Positions 38,514 through 50,594 of a stretch of DNA of 64,000 nucleotides are shown piece by piece. The stretch is taken from contig JALDZX010000021.1 of NCBI GenBank assembly GCA_022813865.1, positions 62,001-126,000 on the forward strand, written 5' to 3'. The stretch's first letter is position 1. Each line of letters opens with the position of its first letter. The translations under genes and the position numbers were made by a program. Below the pieces are notes generated by a model, which ran no database searches, had not been told where the DNA came from, and was given only the letters and a program-made list of their open reading frames with translations. The stretch is from Xylographa opegraphella (taxonomy: Eukaryota).

Positions 38514-38913
38514 TTTAGGCTTACATTGCGGAGAACAGTAAAAGTGGGGAAGTGCGCTTTAACGGCCACTCACTCCAACATATGCCATCATCAAGCCACC
38601 CTTAGGCCAACCCTGCGCCACGAAATAAATCCGCCGACACGTCGGTTGTATCTGTGGCTTCCAAGACCACGGGCTCCTTCTACTGTGAATCGTCCTCTGT
38701 GAATCTGTGGGCAGTCTCTTTCTACGTAACTTTAACCCGTGAAGTCTCTTGGATGAGAGCTGGTTGCAGGCCACGATCGACGTCGCTACGAAGACTGCAA
38801 TACGATGATAAACGATTTCATAACAACGTCCTAACGACACTCTTGGGTCTTTCCCAGTTTCAGACCTTAATTTCAGGCCGTCCCTTGCTGGGTGACAGCT
38901 GCCACCAGCCGCC

Positions 38914-41900
38914 ATGCTCGAGGGATTGGTAGCGACGTTGCTTAACCGCTTCTTGGGTATGTACGTCAAGAACTTTGATGCTAAACAACTACAAGTTGGT
39001 ATCTGGAGTGGTGAAGTGGTGCTTAAGAACCTGGAGCTTCGTCGAGAAGCCCTAGACCAGCTCCACCTACCTGTCAATGTTGTGGAAGGGCATCTCGGCC
39101 AACTTACGCTGTCGATCCCCTTCTCCAATCTTAGAGGCAAGCCTGTCAAAGTCAATGTCGAAGATGTTCTGCTATTGGCAGCGCCTAAGGAGGATGCGGA
39201 GTATGATGAAGAGGAAGAGAGAAAGCGCGCACAAGCCGTCAAGATGGAGAAATTAGAGAATGCTGAACTGCTCAAAGAGCGGAACAATGAAGGTCTCAGT
39301 CAAGAAGAGCAGCAAAAAAGCCAAAGCTTCACTGATAGCCTGGTAACGGCTATCATTGATAATCTGCAAATCAGCATCAAGAATATCCATATCCGATACG
39401 AAGACTCTATCTCTGCACCTGGACACCCGTTTGCCTTAGGGTTTACATTGAAGGAGCTGAGCGCGGTCAGCACAGATGAAAATTGGAGGCCCACTTTCGT
39501 ACAAAGTTCATCTGGAACGACCCATAAATTGGCGACCCTTGGGTCACTAGCGTTCTACTGGAATACTGATGCGACATTGCTGGGTACAGGAAGAGGTACT
39601 GATACTGGAGCAGACGGTCAGAGATTAGACCACAACAATATGATAACGAAGTTTAAAGAATCCATTGATAACGGCGAAATCAACCAATACATATTAGAGC
39701 CAGTCAGTGGCCGCGCAGGTATTGAGTTAGATAAGACTGGTAAAGTCGAAAGGCCCAAAGTCAAAGCTAGGTTACTGTTCAATGAATTGGGGTTTGTACT
39801 TGATGAAGATCAGTATCGCGATGCCTTGATGATGGTTGATCTTTTTCATTATTTTCTACGTCATCAAGAGTACAAGAAATACGAGCCCAAAGTACCATGG
39901 AAGGAGGATCCTCGGGCATGGATCAGATTTGCTGGTCAGGCCGTTCTTCAAAGGATACATGAACGAAATCGCCGATGGACTTGGGACTTCATGCGAGAGC
40001 GGCGTGACGATCGTATTCGATACATCGAGCTTTTCAAGAAGAAGAAGAAGGCTCAGGCTCTGACACCTCAAGAGCAAAACGATATTGCGGGACTCGAGCA
40101 AAAGCTTAGCTACGAGGATTTACGCTTCTGGCGATCTTTAGCACGAAACCAGCTCCGTAAAGAGAACGTTGGGGTCAAGAAGCCTGAGACGAAACAAACG
40201 TGGACTGCCTGGGTCTGGGGCTCTGGCAAAAAGAAGGAAGAAGAGCCGCACGCAGCGGAGGAGAGTACTGAATTGACAGAGCAACAGCGAAAAGAGTTAT
40301 ACGATGCAATCGACTGGGATGAGAAGAAGGCCATAACTGATGCTATTGATGTTCCCCGAGAATCAGTCAAGCTCCAGATCGAGTCTTCACTTCGCACTGG
40401 AAGCTTCACTCTCAAGCGAGACCCACATGGCACAGCGAACGAAATTTTGAGTTTAATGTTCGATAATTTCCAAGCAAAGGTATTACAACGTCCAGACTCG
40501 TTACTGGCTGACGTTAGTCTGGGCGGGCTCAGAGTTTATGACGGTACGACCGCTGGAAGTCTCTTTCCACAGATTGTGAAAGTGAAAGATACCGAACCTG
40601 TGCCTAAAAAGAAAAATGTCGAGGAAGCCGAAAAACCTGTTCAGGTTCTTAGCGCGACAGACAAAGCAAATACTGACAAGGACGCCGAGGAAGTTTCCTT
40701 GTTCCATTTGATTTTCGAACAGAACCCGTTGGACGAGAGTGCTGATTCTTCCATCATTCTCAAACTAAAGAGTATCGAAGTGATCTACAATCCGAAGTTC
40801 GTTGTTGAAATTGCAAACTTTTTCAAGCCTCCCGAGCGTCATATGGAATCAATAGGGGCTTTACTAGAGACTGCTGGTGCAACTGTAGAGGGACTCAGGC
40901 AACAAACTAGAGCTGGTCTCGAGTTTGCACTGCAGGAACACAAAACCTTGAATGCTCAACTAGATATCCATGCACCACTGATCATCATACCAGAAAGTAT
41001 CACGAATGAAAGTACGCTCTGTCTCATAATTGACGCCGGACATGTCAGCCTCAACAGCGAGCTCGTAGACAAAGAAACCATGAAGGAGATTGAATCTAAG
41101 CAGAAAACACAATACACCGCGGAAGACTACAAACATTTGGAAGGTCTGATGTACGACAAGTTTCTTCTCAAACTCGATTCTACTCAGGTACTCATTGGGC
41201 CGAGCATTGCAGCAACCATAGAGCGACTGACGTCGCAGGATGACAGCAAGAACTACCATATCATAGACAGAATCAATATGGACTTTGTATTGGAAACATC
41301 CATCATTCCCAAAGCCACTGATCTCACCAAAACACGCATTTCAGGCCATCTCCCAGTTCTTCGCGCTTCTATCTCGGACAAGAAGTACAAAGACCTAATG
41401 AAAATGATCGATATCGCCATACCTAAGTTTGAGACAGATGAACCACTTGACGGGAAAACGAAAGCACCTGTTAAAGCACAGCCTGCACAAGCCAGTGACC
41501 AGTCTGTTACTCCGAGCAAACGCAAAGGTTCGGAGGGAAGGCCTCGATCAAAATCCTTCCAGGTTCAGATTCAGTCAGAAGAGCTTGTGGTTGATGATGA
41601 GACTGACGACGAAAAAGCTGGAAAGGAGAACGCGTCTCTGTCTAATGTGAAGCAGGAGGAGATCAACCTACACCAACGTAATTTCGAGCTCAACTTTACT
41701 GTTGATCGATTGCAAGGTTCTCTGTATCGCGCAGACCCAAATGGCAGTAAACCAGATCAACTACTTGTAGAACTGGTTGCGGAGCACTTCAATCTCAATT
41801 TCTACCTGCGGCCGTTTGACATGGTTGCAGAAGTAGTCTTGAAGACTTTGAGTGTAGAAGACCATATTGAAGAGAATCCCAGTCCCGAATTCAAGGACAT

Positions 41901-44900
41901 CGTCTCCAGTCAAGACACCGATAATTCTGCAAACAAAGACTTGCTCAATCTGAAATTCGTTAAAGTCAATAAGGATTCACCCGAATTCGAGTCTACTTAT
42001 GAAGAAATCGCCACCAACGTTGATGTGTCAATGTCTACACTAAATCTTGTAATAACCCGAAAGACGTTACTGACATTACTAGACTTTGTGCTCGATACTT
42101 TTACCAGCTCTGATTCGTCAAACAAACAGGACACAATCGAGGGTGGTGACTCTTCCGCTGCAGATGCGAAAGAGAATCATGATGCCAAGTCTACTACCGA
42201 CACAGACAAAATCCGGATCAAGATTGATCTCAACAGCATCGCGCTTGTATTAAATAATGATGGCATACGCTTAGCTACTCTGAGTCTTCACACTGCAAAT
42301 GTGGGGATATTCCTAACGGGTTCGTCTATGCGTATCGATGCACGACTTGGTAGTTTATCGCTCCTGGACGATGTCAACCAAGGTGCATCCGAAGATTCTT
42401 CCTTACGTCAGCTCATAACCATACAAGGCGACGAGCTGGCTGACTTCCGCTATCAAACATTTGATGCTGAGGCGTCGTCCTATCCTGGGTATGACTCTAA
42501 AGTGTTCCTTCGATCTGGGTCCATTAGAGTGAACTTCTTGGAGGAACCATTCCGTAAAATTATTAGCTTTCTTGTGAAGTTCGGAAAGATGCAAGCAATC
42601 TTCAACGCAGCACGTCAAGCTGCTGCGAACCAAGCCAGTCAAATCCAACAGAAGGCTAGCAAGATGGTGTTTGATGTTGTTGTCAAGACCCCAATTGTCG
42701 TTTTCCCAAGGGTCATGGTTGCTAATCATAGTCGAGACGTTCTGACCGCCTACCTCGGAGAAATATATGCAAACAATAAATTTACCACTGTCAAGGGGCT
42801 GCCGAACGGCACGAGTGTGAACAAGCTTTCGGCCGGGATCAGAAATATTCACCTGACTTCTGACTTCCATTACGAAGACGGCCAGTCCGAAGAGCTTGAG
42901 ATGATTGATAAGGTAGATTTGGATTTTAAAATCGAGTATATGAAACATGAGGAAGGGATTCAACGGCCTGACCTTGAGGTTGAAGGGAGCATGTCACCAG
43001 TGAACCTACGCGTTGCGCAGACCCAGTTGAAATTCTTACTTGAGCTCTCACAATCAATTCCGGCAGCCTTCGCCACAGATCCCGACGAAGATGAAAGAAA
43101 GGTTTTGCAAGAGCTTCCGAAGTCTACTGTAGAGCCTGCCAAAAGGATTACCTCTTTTCAATCTGAAGACGACGAAGCAACGAAGGACTTAGGGCACAAC
43201 CAAGGTCCTGAACTTGGTTCGAACTCCAATACGTGGACGAAACTGGATCTTGTTTTCAAAGCCAAAACCATTGGTCTTGAACTCGTTCTTTCCAAAGAAG
43301 ACAGCCCGGTTGGCGACCTCAAGGCTGCAAGCCTATCTAAGTTCTCTGTAAATGATACCAGTGTGAAGCTCCGTATGGTGAGTGATGGTGCACTAGAATC
43401 AGAGTTGTTAATTCATTCCTTCACGATTACCGATAGTCGTTCGAGGGAGTCAAATAAATTCCGGAAGATAATGTCTTTGATCAACGATGATGTGAAACAG
43501 CAGTTCATGGCCAGTGTCTCCATCTCTGGAGGTTCTGACCGGCACTTAATTGCTATGGTAACACTTGATAGCCCACGCATCATATTCGCGATGGACTATG
43601 TGTTTGCTCTTACGGCATTTGCAAGCAGCGCACTCAGCACCGATGAACCACCTGTTATTCAAGAAAGCCTTCAGCCTGAAGCTGATCTTGTCGAAGAGAC
43701 TGCCAGTGGTTTCAATACTCCTATTGACGGAGTACCACCTAGTCCGAGACCCAAAGCAGACGCTTCGAGCTCTACTGGAATGACCATGTCCTTCCGAGTC
43801 AATATCGAGGATGCGCAAGTAATATTGATAGCTAATCCTACGATCAATAATTCTGAAGCTATAGTTCTTGGAACCAAACAAGTCCTACTATCACAACAGA
43901 ACGCATCCACTCTACAAATCACTAAAGTCGGAATGTTCTTATGTAGAATGGACAAGTTCGAGACGAGTCGCCTTAGGATCTTGGACGACTTCTCGTTAGA
44001 GATGTCAATGGACAATCGTTCCAAAGGCCAACAGTCTTCACTCACGAGTATTCACATCAACATCGAGCCTTTAGTACTACGTTTGTCGCTACGCGATATT
44101 CTGCTTGCGCTACAAATTGTAAATAGAGCCTCTGAATTGACGAGTGACCAGAATGATGGTAAGATTGAAGATACAGAACCTCAGAAGATCAAGGACGTCA
44201 AAGCTTCGGCTCCTCCTTCCACCAACAAAAAAGTGGCATCTACAATGGCAAAGAAGACCAACAAGTCCATTACGGCAACCAAGCCCAATCAAGCTGACAA
44301 AAAACCAAAATCCGAGATGTCTTCCGTAGTGAAGCGGGAGGAAATGAACGCTGAATTGCAAGGCATCAGGGTCATCCTCATCGGTGACTTACATGAGCTG
44401 CCACTAATTGATTGGAGTATTAAAAAGTTCGATATCGACATCAGGGACTGGTCGGGGTCGATGTCTGGAGACACAAGCTTTGACACATATATTAATGTGT
44501 ACAATTTTTCAAAGTCGGCTTGGGAACCCTTGATCGAGCCTTGGCAGCTTGGATTCCATTTGTCCAAGGAGCAGCACCCTGATCGCCTTGCTGTCGAGCT
44601 GTACTCTCATAAGATGATGGAACTGACAGTAACTTCGGCAACTATTGCGCTTGCGTCGAAATCTGCACAATTCTTTTCCACGGATGAAGACGTACTGTCA
44701 AAACCGAGAGGTACTGATGCACCTTACAGGATAAGGAATTACACTGGATTTGATCTGAACGTCTGGTCTGCCACACACGAGGAGGACAAAGGATCCGCAG
44801 CCAAGCTTACTGATGGTGAAGAATATCCTTGGCGGTTCGAAGACGCGAACACTATGCGAGAGAGTCTCACCCCGGAAGGCCGTACTGGCATTGTTGGTAT

Positions 44901-47900
44901 CAAATTAGAAGGTAGCGGCTTTGACAGTATCGAAAGAGTGCCAGTGAACCGTGAAGGCGAGACGTTGTACAATCTCAAACCACGCCAGGAAAAGATCTTA
45001 CATCGCTTACTGGTAGAGGTTAAGCTTGGTGCCGACAATGTCAAGTACATCACCTTTCGATCGCCACTCCTGGTCGAAAACAGCACCCAAATACCAATTG
45101 AGCTTGGTGTCTTCAGTCCTGAAGAAGGTCACTTACTCAAGATTGAAAAGATCCCCCCAGGAGAAGCACGACCAGCTCCGGTCGGTGCTGCCTTTAAACA
45201 TTCACTGGTTGTTCGACCGGATCAAGGATTCGGCTACGGGTGGTCGAATGAAAGATTATTCTGGCAAGACTTACTAAAGAGATCAACCCGAACCATTACG
45301 TGTAAGGGTGAAAGTGGAGGAGAGTCGCCCCCTTTCCATTTCCAGATGAACGCCAATTACGACAAAAACAATCCAATCACAAGGTTTGGTCGCTCTCTCC
45401 CTGTCTCGTAATATGTTAACCATTTCAAAGTGTATATCCATATATGCGCATACGACTTTCTGCTCCTATTGAGCTTCAGAATCTACTCCCTTACGATTTC
45501 AAGTATCGTATCTACGACAAGAATACGAAAAAAGACTGGACCAACTTCCTTCGAAAGGGTGGCGTAAGCCCTGTGCACGTAGTTGAGTTGTCGCATCTGT
45601 TGCTCTTGAGTATTGACTTGCAGGATACGGTATTCAAGCAAAGCGAGTTTGCTATTATCAATTCGAATACGAACGAAGACTTCCGGCGCGAATCTACCCT
45701 AGCAGTAAAGGACGGTCAAGGCATTCAGCTGAATCTCAAATTACATTACTTGTGAGTATATCTACATTCTCTTGCGTTACGAGGTGATTGCTAACCCAGT
45801 TCAAGCAATGTTCCTGACAGTGGCGGAGCTTTCAAGGTAGCCGTTTATGCTCCATATCTAGTGCTGAACAAGACCGGGCTAGACATCAATATCCAGAGCA
45901 AATCGATGTTCTCTTCCGCTAGGTCTGCTGCAGGTCAAGGGGTCCGAATGGAATCCGACAGTGATTCGAAGAAAGCGTTGCCATACATGTTCTCTTACCC
46001 CAGTGACGATAGGAAAAACAGGGTCTTGCTCAAGATTGGTGATTCGACTTGGAGCAAACCTCAAAGTTTCGATGCTATTGGAAGCACGTTCGACGCTGTG
46101 ATACCTTCAAGCAATTCCAAGTCCGAGATGCATGTTGGTATTTCGGTTGCCGAAGGCGACGGGAAATATAAGCTTACTAAGGTCGTTACTGTTGCCCCAC
46201 GGTTCATAATTAAAAACAAAGTAGCAGAATCGATGCAGGTAAGGGAACCCGGATCCTCCAACATTATGGATATCGCACAAGGCGAGCTGTTGCCGCTACA
46301 CTTCTTGCGGCAAGTGTCAGAGAAACAGATCTGTCTGTGTTTCCCAGGGGCGAATAACCAGTGGTCCTCGCCATTTAACATCTCCAATGTTGGCACGGTT
46401 CATGTGAAATTGGCGAAAGCGGGCCAGCGTCAAAAGCTCATCCGAGTGGAGGTTATCTTAGAAGCCGCCACAATATTTCTCCATCTCAGCATTGAGACAA
46501 AGCACTGGCCATTCTCAATGCGAAATGAGAGTGATACAGAGTTTATGTTCTACCAGACAAATCCCAATATTGCGGAAGACGAGGAAGACAGAGGCTCGGG
46601 CTGGAAACCTATTCGATATAGACTCCCACCTCGATCAATTATGCCGTATGCCTGGGATTACCCTGCCGCCAAGCATAAGGAACTGGTTATTATGGCTAAC
46701 GGGAAGGAGAGACATGTCAAACTTGCTGAGATTGGCAATCTCATACCCATGAAAATACCAGCTCAGGGTTCCAAGCAGACAAAGATTATCGATCTCAATA
46801 TCGCAGCCGAGGGCCCCACACAGACACTGGTACTTTCCAATTACAAGCAGTCGAAGAGCATGTACAAGCAGAAGAGTGCGACGGCATCACAAGGTAGTGT
46901 AGCAACAGGATTCGAGGTGAAAGAGGTCGAATCGGATGTTACCTTCAAAGCACAGCTACGACTGGCAGGTATTGGAATCTCCTTGATCAACAAACATTTG
47001 AAAGAGTTACTATACTTCACACTTCGAGACATGGAACTGAAGTATAGTGACTCGAAACTATATCAGACGGTCAATGCGGCTATCAAGTGGATACAAATTG
47101 ACAACCAACTTTATGGTGGTATCTTCCCGATACTTTTCTATCCTAGTGTAGTGCCCAAGACAGGGAAAGAAATGGAGGCGCACCCAATTCTGCATGCAAT
47201 GGTAACGCGTGTCAAGGATGATTCTTACGGAGTCTTGTACATCAAGTATGCAACCCTCCTATTACAGCAGATGACGATCGAGCTCGACGAGGACTTCATC
47301 TTCGCCATGCTAGAATTTACCAAAGTTCCGGGCGCATCATGGTCCGAAGAACATGAGGGCAAACTTTGCGACGAGAATCTTACGATCCCAGAACCCAAGC
47401 AAGAAGAACAAGGTCAAGATGTGTACTTTGAGCTTCTCCATCTGCAACCGATGCAGTTGGACTTATCATTCGTCAGGACAGAGCGCATCAACGCAGAAGA
47501 TACCATGCAGACCTCGAACCCGTTGATGTTCTTTGTCAACGTCATGACAATGTCCATCGGAAACGTTAACGATGCACCATTGCGCTTTAATGCATTGATG
47601 ATAGAGAACGCTCGGGTTTCGACCCCAGCGCTGATTGCAAACATACAAAGTCACTATACCCAGGAAGCTCTTCGCCAAGTTCACATTGTGCTCGGTTCGG
47701 CAGACTTCCTTGGGAACCCCGTCGGCCTCTTCAATAACATCAGCTCGGGTGTCGCAGACATCTTCTACGAGCCGTACCAAGGTCTTGTCATGACTGATCG
47801 TCCCCAGGAACTCGGAATCGGTATTGCTAAGGGCGCCTCCAGCTTCGTTAAAAAGTCTGTGTTCGGATTCTCCGACAGCATGGCCAAGTTCACCGGCAGT

Positions 47901-48695
47901 ATGTCCAAGGGACTCGCTGCAGCAACCCTCGATAAAGAGTATCAAGACCAGCGACGGATGTCCAAATCGCGCAACCGCCCTAAGCACGCACTCTACGGTG
48001 TCACCTCGGGCGGCAACGCCTTTGCGTCTAGCATGGCCAGTGGCATTGGTGGTCTGGCCCGCCATCCCCTCGAAGGAGCCGAGAAGGAAGGTCTGCAGGG
48101 TTTCGTCAAGGGCGTTGGTAAGGGCTTCCTCGGGCTTGCGACTAAGCCCGCCATTGGCGCCTTCGACCTTGCATCCAGTAAGTCTAATCCGAGAAGCTCC
48201 CACTCTGGCACCGAAACATACTAACCCTATCCCCCAGACGTCGCCGAGGGGGTTCGCAATACCACGACCGTCTTTGATGCCGAGGGGCTCGACCGCGTGC
48301 GCCTTACACGTTTCATCGGCCTCGACGGCATTGTGCGCCCCTACTCGCAGCGTGAAGCGCTCGGGCAGTTCTGGCTCAAGACATGCGACAACGGCAAGTA
48401 CTTCAATGAGGACTACCTTGCCCACCTGGAGTTGCCGGGCAAGGACATGCTGGTCATGCTGACGTACGCACGCATCATGCTCGTGCGCAGCAAGAACTTG
48501 AAGGTCGAGTGGGACATCCGCCTGAGTGAGATCCAGACCATCAGCAAGGAGCGGACAGGCATGGGTATTACGCTCAAAGGCGGTGCCAATGGCCCGTTCG
48601 TGCCAGTGGCCGAGGAGAGTGGACGAAATTGGCTCTATCGCCAGATTGGCGTAGCTGTGGGGGCGTTCAATGAGCGGTATAATGCTAAAGGGTAG
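38914..48695 (+). CDS. VPS13: Vacuolar protein sorting 13, bridge-like lipid transfer protein, ~3206 aa
   Basis: Chorein-N start MLEGLVATLLNRFLGMYVKNFDAKQLQVGIWSG, WEPLIEPW, VAB repeats, QIDNQL, ATG2_C-like LGSADFLGNPVGLF/GVGKGFLG, C-terminal PH-like region. Exons 38914-45383, 45431-45751, 45806-48177, 48238-48695; total 9621 nt. Confidence 0.97.
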
Positions 48696-49375
48696 GGGAT
48701 GCAGAGGGTGAATTTTTGTCTGACGAGGAAGCTGCGAGGAGTGTCGGATCGTACGGAGCAGTCTTCGAAGCGGAGGCAGGAAATGCATATACGGAGTATC
48801 ATCACTCGATGAACATGCGCGCGGCTTGGTACTTTTAATTCAGATATGAGCGCGGAATGATTGCACGGTCGGCATCTGTATTCGGCACATGATTACGGCT
48901 CCAAAGTGAGCTCGCACGAAGTATGTATAATGGAATGAATGGTCTTGCTATATTGGCTCGTGCTGTTGCTCCGTCTGAAGCCAAGATTGGAAAAATCGTT
49001 CTTTTCATGTCAAAGTCGCAACGAACTTCGAGAAGTAAATGACTGAGAGCTACTACAACATTGCATCTTGCAAGACGCGAAATCCAATATGAACCCCAGC
49101 CCTCCGCCACAGCCCTAACCCCACTAGCGACGCCAACTCTCCCACCTACTAGCGGCCGCTCCTGCACCAAAACGCGTCCCAACGCGTCTCCCAAACCTCC
49201 ACACCACAACCACACCACAGCTCCCCAAGCTAACCACTACCACTCCCAACAGCCCCCCCCCCCCNCACTACCACTCCCAACAGCCCCCCCCCCCTCTCCT
49301 CCCCTCTCCAGGCCCTCAAAACCCCCCCCCAAACACGCGGTCGCACGTTTCCCGGCCCACGAGTACAGCCAGCTC

Positions 49376-50262
49376 ATGGCCTCCTCGTCCACGCACCCAT
49401 CCTTCCCGCCGCGGCCGTACAACGCCTCGCTGGGCAAGCTGCCCGACCGCAGCGGCGGCGGCGGCGGCGGGGGCTTCACGGCGGCGTCGACGGCGCAGGC
49501 CCGTCTCGAGCGCCAGGAGCGAGAGCGGCAAGAGCGCGAAGGGCAGCAGGACCCCGTGGCGCAGCTGAGCGAGGAGCAGCGCGAGGAGATTAATGAGGCG
49601 GTTTGTTTTTTCCCCTTTTTCTTTTTTCTTCTACTCCTCTGTTTTCCGCTTTTCGCTGTCCTAAACGGTGCCGCCGGAGCTTGGGGCGGGGGCGGGCGTG
49701 GGACGAAGGCGGGGAGGTTCCGAAACCGAAAGGGGCCTGTTCGAGTGCATGTGTGTGTGTTGTGTATTGTGTATATGCTGACATCCCCCGCCCGCGGGCG
49801 GCCATTCCCATACAGTTCGGCCTCTTCGACCTCGACAAAGACAAGCGCGTCGACTACCACGAGCTCAAAGTAGCCATGAAAGCCCTCGGCTTCGACGTCC
49901 CGAAAGCGGAGCTCGTGACCATGCTGCGCGAGCACGGCGTGCCTGCCTCCTCGCCCGGCCCCCCCCCCACCACCACCACCCAGCACCATCCATCCCGCCT
50001 CCTCCTCCCCCTGCCCGCCTTCCAGCACCTCCTCGCGCGCCGCATCCTCGCGCGCGACCCGCGCGACGAGATCCTGCGCGCCTTCGACCTCTTCGACGAA
50101 GGCGGCAAAGGCCGGATCGACCTCGCGGATCTGCGTCGCGTGGCGAGGGAGTTGGGTGAGGGCTTGGGTGAGGAGGAGTTGGCGGCTATGATTGATGAGT
50201 TTGATCTCGATGGCGATGGGGCTATTGATCGTGAGGAGTTTGTGGGCATTTGTTTGCAGTGA
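49376..50262 (+). CDS. CDC31: Centrin (caltractin), EF-hand Ca2+-binding protein, ~223 aa
   Basis: [93 protein letters not shown]. Exons 49376-49600 and 49816-50262 (215-nt intron, GTTTGT..GCTGAC..CAG). Confidence 0.95.
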
Positions 50263-50594
50263 AAAGGGAGGGGGGGGAGGGAGGGGGAGCATTGGCGGCG
50301 TTGGGTTTTGCGGGATCGGGGGCCCGGAGGACGGTGTGGGGTGTTTCGGGGAGGGGATATTTTGATGGGGGTGTGAAGCCGGGGGGGTTGCGTGTGTGGA
50401 TTTTGGGGATTGCATTGGTGGGAAAAGGATTCGTTATAATGTGATTGTGTTCCCGATGGTATGGCGCCTGCCTGTGTCACGGGCCCCCTAGACCAGTCAC
50501 CCATCCCTTTCTGCAATCTATCTTTCAGCTATCAATGCCTCATACCCATCGTCACCATCGCTACCCCTTTTCCCCCTTTCCCCGGCGCCTCCGC

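Noticed and set aside
47466..48788. 440-aa antisense ORF over the VPS13 3' end
   Set aside because: Shadow ORF of a GC-rich coding strand; it has no recognisable motifs.
49235..49294. ~30-bp direct repeat CACTACCACTCCCAACAG(C)n upstream of CDC31
   Set aside because: The two copies abut a single N at 49265 next to a poly-C run. This is typical of a scaffolding overlap artefact, not a real duplication.
49237..50415. 392-aa antisense ORF and other long ORFs overlapping CDC31
   Set aside because: Low-complexity by-products of extreme GC content and skew; the spliced centrin model explains the region.
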